This document shows positions 1-9,009 of a stretch of DNA of 64,000 bases, piece after piece. The stretch's first letter is position 1. Each line of letters starts with the position of its first letter. The stretch is taken from assembly GCA_002269645.1 (NCBI GenBank), contig NIVC01001946.1, positions 155,304-219,303 on the forward strand. Reading direction: 5' to 3'. This stretch comes from Macrostomum lignano (lineage: Eukaryota). The position numbers were made by a program, and so were the translations under genes. Below the pieces are notes generated by a model. That model made no database searches. It was not told the origin of the DNA and saw only the letters and a program-made list of their open reading frames with translations.

Positions 1-3000
1 GGTGTTGCAGTCCAGGACGGACCTGGAGCTGGCGGTGCTGCGGCAGAGGGCCCGAAGGGCTGCTTGGCTGTCAGAGTGAAAAATAAATTTCCGGCCGCTA
101 AGCTGCCTTCGGCGCAGCTCTGCCGCGCAGGAGCTGATGGCAAGCACCTCGCTCTGAAAAACACTGGAGTTGAGCCCAGTGTGCTGGGAGTAGCTCCACA
201 CCACTTCTCCCTTGAAGAAGACGCAAGCTCCGAAGCCTGAAAGACCATGCCTCATAGAGCCGTCAGTGTAACAGTGGACTTCAGAGTCGCTCCAGCTGTC
301 ACTCGCCTCGTGTCGAGGCTGAATGGTGACCTTATACCTTTGGCTCAGGAGAAGGGTGGCTGGGATCGAGTCCGTGAGGATGTTGAGCCCGCCACACTCC
401 TCGAGAGCCTTGAGGCAGAGGTCAGAGTGCGGGATAAGCGACCGCTTCTTAAAGGCCCGCACTTTCTTGAAGGCCACCCCAGCATCCAGAAGACGCCGGG
501 TGCTCTTCGCCGCCTCTCCTTTGATATAAATATCCAGAGGAGGGGCACAGAGGAAGGCATTCATGCCTTCAAAAGGAGTAGAGGGTGGAGCGCCCATAGT
601 CATGCGGCAGGCTCTGCCCTGGATTTTGTAGAGAGCGTCGAGGTTGCTCTTGACGCTCAGGCCGCTAGCCCACACGAGGCTGGCGTAACTGATCGAGGGG
701 CGGATGATGGCAGTGTAAATCCACCACAGCTTCCTGGGGGTGAGCCCCCAGGTGGTGCCCACGGCGCGCCTGATCTGAGCCAGTACAGCCAGGGCTTTTT
801 TGGCTTTAGTTTGAATGTGCGGAGTCCAGTTAAGCCTGTGGTCCAGAGTGAGGCCCAGGCAGCGGACCTGCTTCTCCATGGAAATATTCTTTCCATAAGG
901 GTGAGGGGCTTAATGGTCCAGAGCAGTTTGTTGGTAAACATGACTGCTGTGGTTTTCGACTCTGAGAGTCTAAGGCCACATTGGTCTGCCCAACGCTCCG
1001 CTCGTCCCAGAAAGCCCTGCAGAAGGTCTCTGATGGTATCAACCGAGGGGCCCGCGCATATCGCGGTCACATCATCGGCATAGCCCACCTTGAGAATGGG
1101 GTCGTGGAGATCACTGCAAAGCAACTCATCCATGACCATGTTCCAGAGAACGGGGGTGAGAACGCCGCCCTGGGGGCCCCCTTTCAGGACAGGCACCGAA
1201 AGAGAGCTGCCGCTCAGGTGGGCCACAACAGTGCGGTTTCGGATCATGAACATGATCCACCGGACAAGGTGAGGGTGCGTGGCCCTGGATTCCAGGGCTC
1301 TGCAAAAGGCCTCGAAGATGACGTTGTCGAAGGCCCCCTCAATGTCCAGGAAAAGCGAGAGGGCAAAGCCGCTGCCAAGAACGGCCCTCTCCAGGAAGTC
1401 AACAATGACATGGAGAGCACTCTCGGTTGACCTGCCCGCGCGGAAGGCGTGCTGGTTCTGCGAGAGTGGGAAGCGCTTCAGCTCGACCGAAAGTAGGCGC
1501 CAAAGCACCAGTCTCTCGAGGAGCTTGAGGCAGAAAGAAGTGAGGCTGATAGGCCTGAAGGCCTTCACCGATTGGTAGTCGCTCTTTCCAGGCTTGGGGA
1601 TAAAGACCACCCGGGCCTCTCTCCATGCAACTGGTACATAGCCCAGCTCCACACAAGCTCGAAGGAGACGACAGAGCAGGTCCAGGAAGCGGTGGTTTTT
1701 CACCGCCTCGTGCAAGAACGCTGGGTAGATGCCGTCGGGCCCAGGCGCCTTGAACGGGTTAAAGGACCTTGCCGCTCTAATAATGCGGTCTTTGGTGATC
1801 ATAGACTTTGCTAGGCCTTGCCCTCCCACTGTGTGGTCGGGCGGGCCCTGCTGAGTCGGAGATTTAGGGAAAAAACTGTTGAGCATGAGCTCTAGAGTCT
1901 CTTCCGAACTCTCTGTGACCGAGCCGTCAGGTCTCTTCACAACAGAGAGTTTAGAAAAACGGTCATTAGTGAGTGCCTTAACCACGCGGGCTACGGGGCG
2001 AGAGCCCTCAAGCCCTTCGCAATATTGGCGCCACTTGGCCGTCTTGGCCCTTCTGACTTGGCCCTTAAACTCGTGGATCGCACGGGTATAGGCCTCTCTG
2101 TCAGATGGGTCTTTGGTTTTGAGCGCTCGCCTTTGGAGGGTCCTGGCTCGGCGCCGAAGGGCCCCGAGCTCTGGGTTCCACCAGGGAGCAGATTTCTTGC
2201 CTTTATAGGCCTTTAGGGGGCAGGCTGCTTCAAAGGCAGTGGTGATCGCCCCGCCCAGGGAGGAGGCGAGATCGTCCACCACCTGGCAGTCAGAGAGGTC
2301 ACTGGGGGGGTCAAGATCCCGAAGGCCGCGGCTCAGCTTCGAGCCAAAGGCGGCCCAATCGGTGTTTCTGACGTTCCGACTCCAAGTGACCTTAGGCTTT
2401 TGCTTGGTCGGCCCAATGCAAAAGCGGATAAAGCGGTGGTCCGAGAGCGAGTCCTCGTCCCACACTCGCCAGCCCGTAACTGCGGAAAGCAGTCCGGGTG
2501 AGGCGATGGTGGTGTCGATGACTTCGGCCCACCGCCCATTATTGAACGTTGGTGCATTGCCCACGTTACAGAAGTTGAGGTTAGTGCTGCTGACATAGGC
2601 CAGCAGCTCCTCGCCTCTGCTATTGATGTTCTTGCTGCCCCAATGCAGGTGGTGTGCGTTCACATCCCCTGCAATGAGCAGCTCGAACCGATGGGACGCA
2701 GCATAGTCAGTAAGGTTGACTAACGCGTCGCAGACAACTGGGGCATCGCCCGGGAAATAGGCAGAAGCTACCAGCACAGGTTTATTGGGAATGAGGTTAT
2801 TGATTTGAACAACACAGATGTCCCCAGTCGAGAGATCAGGTCTCATCCATGCCTCAAAAGCTTTTGCAGCAAAGACCAGAGATCTTGGGCGAGGCTGAGA
2901 GCCCGCCATGCAAAAACAGTGGTAGCCAGATGGCACATTATTTGGCTTACCTTTAGTCATCCAGGGCTCCTGTACGAAGACCAGGCCCGGAAGCTGTTGC

Positions 3001-3083
3001 TCTGCCGTGCGCATCAGGTTGACCGACGCCGCCACGCAGTGCTGGGTGTTGATCTGCAGACACCAGGTAGTCGTTGGCATCAT
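1..3083 (-). CDS. LINE ORF2: apurinic endonuclease + reverse transcriptase + RNase H, one apparent 1-nt deletion at about 897-898
   Basis: The track ORF 657..3083 drifts out of frame after KPLTL. Shifting frame at CTT-ATG gives YGKNISMEKQVRCLGLTLDHRLNW...HCYTDGS...SVFQSEVLAI...FHSDSQAALRAL, open to position 1. These are the RNase H catalytic D, E, D motifs. Confidence 0.9.
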
Positions 3084-4795
3084 TGCAGATCGGATGTTGC
3101 AGCCGCCAGGAGTTCCTCCTCCTCCTCGGCGCTCACCGGCTTCGGGTCGGGGTCGCCGGTGTCCATGGGCTCTTCTTCAGCAAAAGGCCCCCGATTGGCC
3201 GGAAGGCAGTAGGCAGCGTTCGCCGCCCTTTGCCCACCATCCATGGGGTCCTCCGCCTCAGATTGGCCCAATGCCCTGGAGCAGCCAGCCGCCTGGGCAG
3301 GCGGGTCCGTCTCCAGTCGGCCCTGCCCCGAGGGGTTGGGCCCAGCTGGGACGTCCCCACCCTCCCTGGACGAACTGGTGCGCCTAGGCGTCCCGGCGAC
3401 CTCTCGCCTCAGCTGGGAGATTTTGGCGGTACGGACTGCCTCAGCTGCACACTGGTACAGGCCGCGCCGCTTGGTGCTACGCGCCGGGCGTCGGTCGCCT
3501 CCGCCCTCAGCAGCGCGCTCAGCTTTGCCCGCGCGGCCGTGCTGCCGGGCAGGGCGGTTTGCTTTGGCAGTCTGAGCAGAGGCTTGCGCCTCGGCCCCGG
3601 CCGCCTCCGCATCCCGCCCGCCCTGCTCACTGCCACGGGGAGGGTCGGCCTCGTAGGAGCGGATGCGCAGCTTCCAAAGGCCGACGTTGATGAAGCTGCC
3701 GTGTGGATAACGCCTCATCCAGGCGTCCGACAGCCCCAGGATGGCTGTGAAGCCAGTGCCGTCGGTGCGCTTAAGGGTGTCATGCACCACTAGGCCCGCG
3801 GCGGGAAGCTCCCGGTTGACTGCTAGCAGTCCTTTCCGGAGCTCGTCAGCAGAGGTAACAACGCTCCTGGCCGGGACCCAGATTCGATGCCTCTTGGTCC
3901 GGGGGCGCTCGTCCTCTCTGCAGAAGGCTAGGTTGAGGTCCCAGCTCTGCTCGGGCAGCAGCTCAAGGAGCCGCCGACCCGAGTCAGCATCACTGGGCCA
4001 AATGAGAAGGCACGAGTCCCTCGTCGCATTCGAATGAATGTTCAGAGGCGTGCCCTTCAGAGTTTGCTTCCACAGGAGGCCATCAACGGCACTTCTCACC
4101 TGCTTCAGCTGATCGGGAGACAGGCGCGCGTCCTTTCCCAGGATGACAACCGCCGGTTGCCTCTTTGCCGCATCAGCGTAGGAGGCCCGGGGGTCAGTGG
4201 AGCTTTCTTCAGGTGGGCTGTCCACCCTCCCGGCTGCATCGGCCTCCCTATCCTGGGCAGGGGCTTCCGTGGGCTCGAGGCCCTCTTCCGCCACCGCCCC
4301 AGACTGGGAAGCTTCCGCTGCCGCGGGCCGTTGGCCCCTGGCACCGGTTTGGCTTCCGCCCTCCTTGGCCCGCCTCGCCTTGTTAAGTCGACGGCGGGCA
4401 GCTCCAGAGGTGGTGCTGCGTTTCTTAGCAGCTGGAGTAGCAGGTGTCTTCTCGGAGGCACCGCTCAGAGTTGGCTCCACGGGTCTCGCCGAGGCGTCCC
4501 CGATGGTAGCAGGTGGTATGGCCGAGGAGTCCACGGCCCCAGCCGAGGCCGGAGGCACTGTGTCATCCACAGCCGGTTTGTTACTTCGGTTAGAAGCCAT
4601 TGGCTGGAAGTAAAAAGGTGGGACTTCCTGCAGAACACAGGCAAAGAGCCGCAAGGCCGCAACCCCAAACCAAGCGGCAGGCCCCCAAAAAGCAAAATAC
4701 CACCCTGCGGGGGACCCAAAAGCGCAAGGGGAACCGTTAGCGACCAGACTACTCCCTGGCCAAGCGTCCATCAGCACGGAGTTACACTGGGACAT
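3080..4795 (-). CDS. LINE ORF1 (gag-like; central region resembles the DUF4780-type domain of LOA ORF1s; no CCHC knuckle seen)
   Basis: 571-aa ORF directly upstream of ORF2, basic low-complexity flanks around a globular core (PAVVILG...LRIRSYE). The true start may be the later ATG of MASNRSNK. The domain name is from recall, not a search. Confidence 0.8.
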   Translation of the reverse strand: MSQCNSVLMDAWPGSSLVANGSPCAFGSPAGWYFAFWGPAAWFGVAALRLFACVLQEVPPFYFQPMASNRSNKPAVDDTVPPASAGAVDSSAIPPATIGDASARPVEPTLSGASEKTPATPAAKKRSTTSGAARRRLNKARRAKEGGSQTGARGQRPAAAEASQSGAVAEEGLEPTEAPAQDREADAAGRVDSPPEESSTDPRASYADAAKRQPAVVILGKDARLSPDQLKQVRSAVDGLLWKQTLKGTPLNIHSNATRDSCLLIWPSDADSGRRLLELLPEQSWDLNLAFCREDERPRTKRHRIWVPARSVVTSADELRKGLLAVNRELPAAGLVVHDTLKRTDGTGFTAILGLSDAWMRRYPHGSFINVGLWKLRIRSYEADPPRGSEQGGRDAEAAGAEAQASAQTAKANRPARQHGRAGKAERAAEGGGDRRPARSTKRRGLYQCAAEAVRTAKISQLRREVAGTPRRTSSSREGGDVPAGPNPSGQGRLETDPPAQAAGCSRALGQSEAEDPMDGGQRAANAAYCLPANRGPFAEEEPMDTGDPDPKPVSAEEEEELLAAATSDLQ

Positions 4796-4827
4796 TAGAG
4801 GGTGCGTTTATGGTCACACCAGGACCC

Positions 4828-4974
4828 GGCGCCAACGAATCAGCTCGGCAGGGCCCAAGGGGGCCTGCCTTAACACCCACGGGACGAGTACCCTTCGAAG
4901 TGCGCCTTGCAAGGTGAAAATCAGGAGACAGAGTCTCTTGAGCTATCAGCCCGCCAGGGGAGGCAGGTGTGAGC
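4828..4974 (-). ncRNA. candidate HDV-like self-cleaving ribozyme in the LINE 5' UTR
   Basis: Manual fold of the minus strand: P1 GCUCAC/GUGGGU, P2 GGCGC(A)C-UU-CGAA/UUCG-UU-GGCGCC, P3 GGG/CCC, L3 UACUCGU, P1.1 AC/GU, P4 GGCAGG...CCUGCC, J4/2 CUGA with C at 4843. P1 has 6 bp instead of the canonical 7. Confidence 0.45.
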
Positions 4975-5083
4975 ATCGCTGGCTGGGATAAAGGCCATAC
5001 CAGTCTCATACTGCACAGATAGTTCACCACGCCATTACGTGCAGGACCCGGGGTCCTGGGGGCAACAGCCCCGGCTCTTCCAG

Positions 5084-5764
5084 TACTACTTGGCAGCTGA
5101 CAGTATTTTGAACTTCTTCGCTCCAGACTCTCTGCTGTTGATATTCAATTTGATCATCTTCTTTAGCATCAGGAAGCATGCCAGGCTGATGGCGCAGACG
5201 GTGAAAGCATCCGTGGATCGGAACTCGTCAGTAGCTTCGGTGTCTATCTTAACACCGGCCAGGAAACGAAGTCAGACGGACAGTCGGCAGAGGCAAATGT
5301 CTGTAGCCAGGGTGGCGTTGGTCTCGGGCACAATTCACCTGCTAACAACCATGCCCAGTGCCGTTTACCTGCTGTCGCACTCGTTCATTGACTACAAAGG
5401 CACCAGCTTTCTAGTGAATAACATCTTACTAATGCTGTCCTACACTAACAACGCCATCAACTTTCTAATCTACCTGCCAATTGACGGTCGATTTCGAACC
5501 AGCTTCAACACGATGGTCACCCCTGAGTGCTCCAACATTAACAATGCCAACAGGCGAGCGACCAAGCGTAACACTAGAAAGTTGGCTTTGCAACAGCGAG
5601 AGGAGGACAACGACGAAGAAGCCTGCGCTGCGGACGCGTCGAAAGTTCAGAGAGCGACCGAACTATCACAGGAAACTAAAAATGCTAACGAAACGCCGCT
5701 GCTGCTAGCAGAAGTTGCTAAAGATAATGCTAACAATGCTTTGAATGTTGACAGTCGTGTGTAA
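5084..5764 (+). CDS. class A (rhodopsin-family) GPCR, 3' portion (TM5-TM7 and C-tail), probable terminal exon
   Basis: Three hydrophobic helices (YYLAADSILNFFAPDSLLLIFNLIIFF; VALVSGTIHLLTTMPSAVY; LVNNILLMLSYTNNAINFLIY, an NPxxY-like motif) followed by a GRFR helix 8. A CTCTTCCAG acceptor-like site ends at 5083. The first 15 aa of the track ORF are probably not GPCR. Confidence 0.8.
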   Translation, partial: YYLAADSILNFFAPDSLLLIFNLIIFFSIRKHARLMAQTVKASVDRNSSVASVSILTPARKRSQTDSRQRQMSVARVALVSGTIHLLTTMPSAVYLLSHSFIDYKGTSFLVNNILLMLSYTNNAINFLIYLPIDGRFRTSFNTMVTPECSNINNANRRATKRNTRKLALQQREEDNDEEACAADASKVQRATELSQETKNANETPLLLAEVAKDNANNALNVDSRV

Positions 5765-6293
5765 CAAGCATTAATGTTTCACGAGTTATAGTTACACGTT
5801 AAAAAAGTTTTTTTTGACAGTTTGCACATAATGGTAGACCCCGAAAGTTGAACGCGCTGGAGTAACCGTCTGTGTGCACACACACGCACACGAACACTGG
5901 AAATGTTTAATCAGATTAAATATTCATGTTAGCAACTAACTGTTATTATACTATACATATACACCTGTGAACAGCGATTCTTTGCATTAGCTATGGGTAA
6001 CACAGAAGCGCGAAAGCTAGCTACTAAGAATAAACAGTATAAGTCCAGTCTCTATTGAACAACATACTGTACAATATTTACAATCTGCATAGCTAACTAT
6101 GGCTATGGAAATTAAATACTACCCTCAGTACCCTCAGGTAGCATCCACTACACTAAACAAATATACATTTATACATACAAATATAATTCCTACGCTTCAG
6201 TCTGCACAGGGACCGCTGTTCCCACCTAAAATATATGCGGATCGATAAATAATTACATAATCTAATTATCTCTGCTGGTCAGGAACAAAGAGA

Positions 6294-7790
6294 GAGAGAG
6301 GTAGAGAGAGAGAGAAGAGAGGTCACGGCGTGTTTAAAAAAATCAAAGACTTAATTAATTTAATATGGGCTACCGGTTTCGAGCCTCTGGGCTCTTCGTC
6401 AGGCCAAAAAATCTGTGTGTCATGCAATTTAAGTTGGTCTTTTAAGTATTATTTTTCTTAGTCTGATAGAATTGATGAGTAGTTGTACATATGAGGGATG
6501 TACATTTAAAACCCTGTTTTGCCTAGCTCTAACTTGTCCCAGAGGCTTTCCACCATTCATTTTAAACGACAGTATATTTGTTATAAAAAATTGTTATTTC
6601 GAAGTACTATACGATATGCGATACTATACGATTAGATGAAATGCCGGTATTGGGGGTAGGAGCATAAAAATCAATATTGAGCGTACAATTAAGCAGTTTG
6701 AATAAAATAAAATAAAATAAATGACACGTGAATAAATATTGTACTTTAATAGGGTGAAAATAGCGCATTGGTTAAAATGATTAAATGTTTCCTGGCTGAG
6801 ACTTGAACTTATTGGGAGCCAGGAGGCTCTGTAAGTTACGTTGCCGTGTAAAAGCGGGCAGTATGCGAGAGCCTGGTTTATTTTGTAGCTTATCAAAGTT
6901 TTTAGCAATCTCGTTGGCAAGCCAGACCGTAGATGGGTGAAAAGGAAGGACCATTGGGATGGGTCGGAGAAGATGATTGTCGACCCTGATGTTCGTACCT
7001 GGCGGTTTGTCAGTCCCTAGTTTTTTAATCCAGATTTCTTCCCTTAGTTCGATTTTGTTGTTATTAAGAACTTGATCGATAGCAATGGAGACAAAGTTTG
7101 CAATTGAGTGATTGGGGGTGAGAAAGTGCTCTGACCCCGAAGTTACGACTCTCCTGTTAATATTTGACCTGTGCTGGTTCATTCTATCTCTCATTGTTCT
7201 TCTAGTCATCCCTACATAGAAGATTTTCCCAGGGTGGCACTGGTTGCAGGAGATGCCATAGATGATGTTCTTGGAGCCACAGGACAGGCTCTGAGAGATT
7301 AAAAAACCAGAAGCCGGTTGCAGTCCCTGGGCGGAGAGAGCAGGCGGTGAGTGGGTGCAGCATTTGCAACGGGATGACCCACAGGGATGGAACCCTTTGG
7401 GAAGCAGACCCAGATTGGTCGTTGGTCCTGCAGTCCAGTTCATAAGTATGAGGACCTCCTTTTTGCAGTTTCTAAGAAAAATCTTCGAGTAGCCTAATTG
7501 CTTGAGTTCCGATTTTAAAGAATTGAAAGCACGGTTGAAAGACTTGTAGTCATCACAGATTCGAGCGTACCGAAGGACTTGGGATTTTACTACCCCCTTG
7601 AAGGTGTGTGACGGATGGAAGGACTGTCGGTGCAACAATCTATGAGTGTCTGTTTCTTTTGAAAACAGTTGTGTTGTGAAGCGGTTTTCAGCTTTCCTGA
7701 TGGTCATGTCAAGGAAACTGACCTCAGTTGATGAGGAGCTGACGGTGAGTTTGATGTTGGGGTTGATTGAATTTAGGTGTACAACAAATT
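6294..7790 (-). repeat. PLE direct repeat, downstream copy (RT C-terminus, GIY-YIG, 3' UTR)
   Basis: Matches 11235-12730 at offset 4941, then 4940 after a 1-nt difference in a G run (near 6650 versus 11590). Confidence 0.95.
6368..6405 (-). ncRNA. minimal type I hammerhead ribozyme (PLE type), copy 1
   Basis: Minus strand GGC-CUGACGA-AGAGC CCAGA GGCUC-GAAA-CCG-GUA/GCC: conserved core, stem II, palindromic ACCGGU stem III, predicted GUA cleavage between 6371 and 6370. Confidence 0.9.
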
Positions 7791-9009
7791 CTGTCAGAGT
7801 TTCAGCCGGGTGGTCCCAGTGAATGAAGATATCATCTATGTACCTAAAATAGATGTTCGGCTTATAAAGAGCAGTTCTCAGGGCAGTTTCCTCCCAGAGG
7901 CTCATGAAGAGACAGGCATAGCTGGGCGCAAATATGCGCCCCATGGCTGTGCCTCTAAGTTGTAGGAAAATCATTTTGTCAAATTCAAAGTCATTCCTGT
8001 ACAAACACAATTCCAGTAGCTTTATTATTTCAGCATCCGGTCTAATGGGATCCGGGTATCGGTTAAAGAATTCCTGGATCGCTGCAATGCCCTGATCTAT
8101 TGGGATCATGGAGTACAGACTCTGGACATCACAGGTTGCCAGAGTCGAACCTTCCGTGCAGCTTTTATCCATAAGGTGTGCCTTGAAGTCATAGGAGTCC
8201 TTAATGAAAGTGGGTTGCGCTTGGGCAATCGGTTTAAGAAAGAAGTCTATGTACTTTTCTGCCCCAATTGCTTCAGAACTACATCCGCTCACAATAGGTC
8301 TGCCTGCTGGGACCCGAAAGGGGATCAGCCAGGTGGCCGGGTCCTTGTGAATTTTTGGGAGCAGGTAGAAATGCCGGGGACGGAAGTTCTCTCCGGGACA
8401 AAGAAATGCACACTGTTTCTTAGATATGAACTTTCTGTTACATAAATTGAGGAAGATCCCCCTAATAAGTTCCGCAGTCACGGGTTGCAATGGCTGGTCC
8501 AGCTGTTGATAGGCATCAGTGTCAAACAGTTGGTTGTAGGCTGCAAATTCGTAGTCCTTAGGGTGCATGATGACCACTGCGTTGCCTTTGTCCGCCTTTT
8601 TTATAAGGACGGAGTGTTTCGCTTGAGCCTCTGAATCGCCCTGGTCTCTGGTGCCTCTAGGTTGCTTTGATCTGTACCGTTGTCAAATTCTCTACCAGAT
8701 TTTGGTTCTCAAGTACCAACAAGTTGCACTCATCCCTTCTAAGTCTGAGGGGAACCTCCTTCCCTGATTTCCCGGTGAAGGGGGGCGGGCTGGTATTGGC
8801 GAGACCCCTCTTTTTGAAAAAGTCTTTCCAGAAAAGTTTACGATGAAATTCCGTCATGCAGTTCCTCAACTCATCGAAATCAAGGGCTTGGGTTGGGATA
8901 AAATTGAGTCCCTTATCTAGCAGCCTCGTCTCAGACTCGGAGAGTTTGAAGGTAGGGTGTAGATTTAAAATGTTGCCTTCCAGTTTGGGAGGCCTACAGT
9001 AGTCAGCTA
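6781..9009 (-). CDS. PLE ORF2: reverse transcriptase + Cys-rich linker + GIY-YIG endonuclease; two apparent 1-nt deletions in the N-terminal part (within 8660-8708 and at about 8614-8618)
   Basis: N-terminal NL..LSESETRLLDKGLNFIPT and IKKADKG motifs; RT motifs CDVQSLYSMIP, GTAMG, YFRYIDD; CGSSRCKCC linker; NIIYGISC...FYVGMT...RMNQH...REEIWI...GTN endonuclease. Track ORFs 8657..8869 and 6781..8577 are pieces of it. Confidence 0.92.

Larger units (their letters stand above)
1..5078 (-). mobile_element. LOA/Lian/Baggins-like non-LTR retrotransposon (ORF1 + APE-RT-RNase H); 3' end lies beyond window position 1, 5' boundary uncertain (about 4975-5080)
   Basis: Two consecutive minus-strand ORFs. 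ORF2 has APE motifs (LQINTQH, VQEPW, GDVNAHH, SDHRFI), RT motifs (KAPGPDGI, FRPISLTS, LDIEGAFD, GGPQGGVLTP, YADD) and, past a frameshift, the LOA-typical TWGLTPR segment and an RNase H domain. Confidence 0.93.

Noticed and set aside
247-4798. Plus-strand ORFs opposite the LINE, and 9359..10027 opposite the AlkB ORF
   Set aside because: Antisense shadows of GC-rich coding sequence with no motifs.
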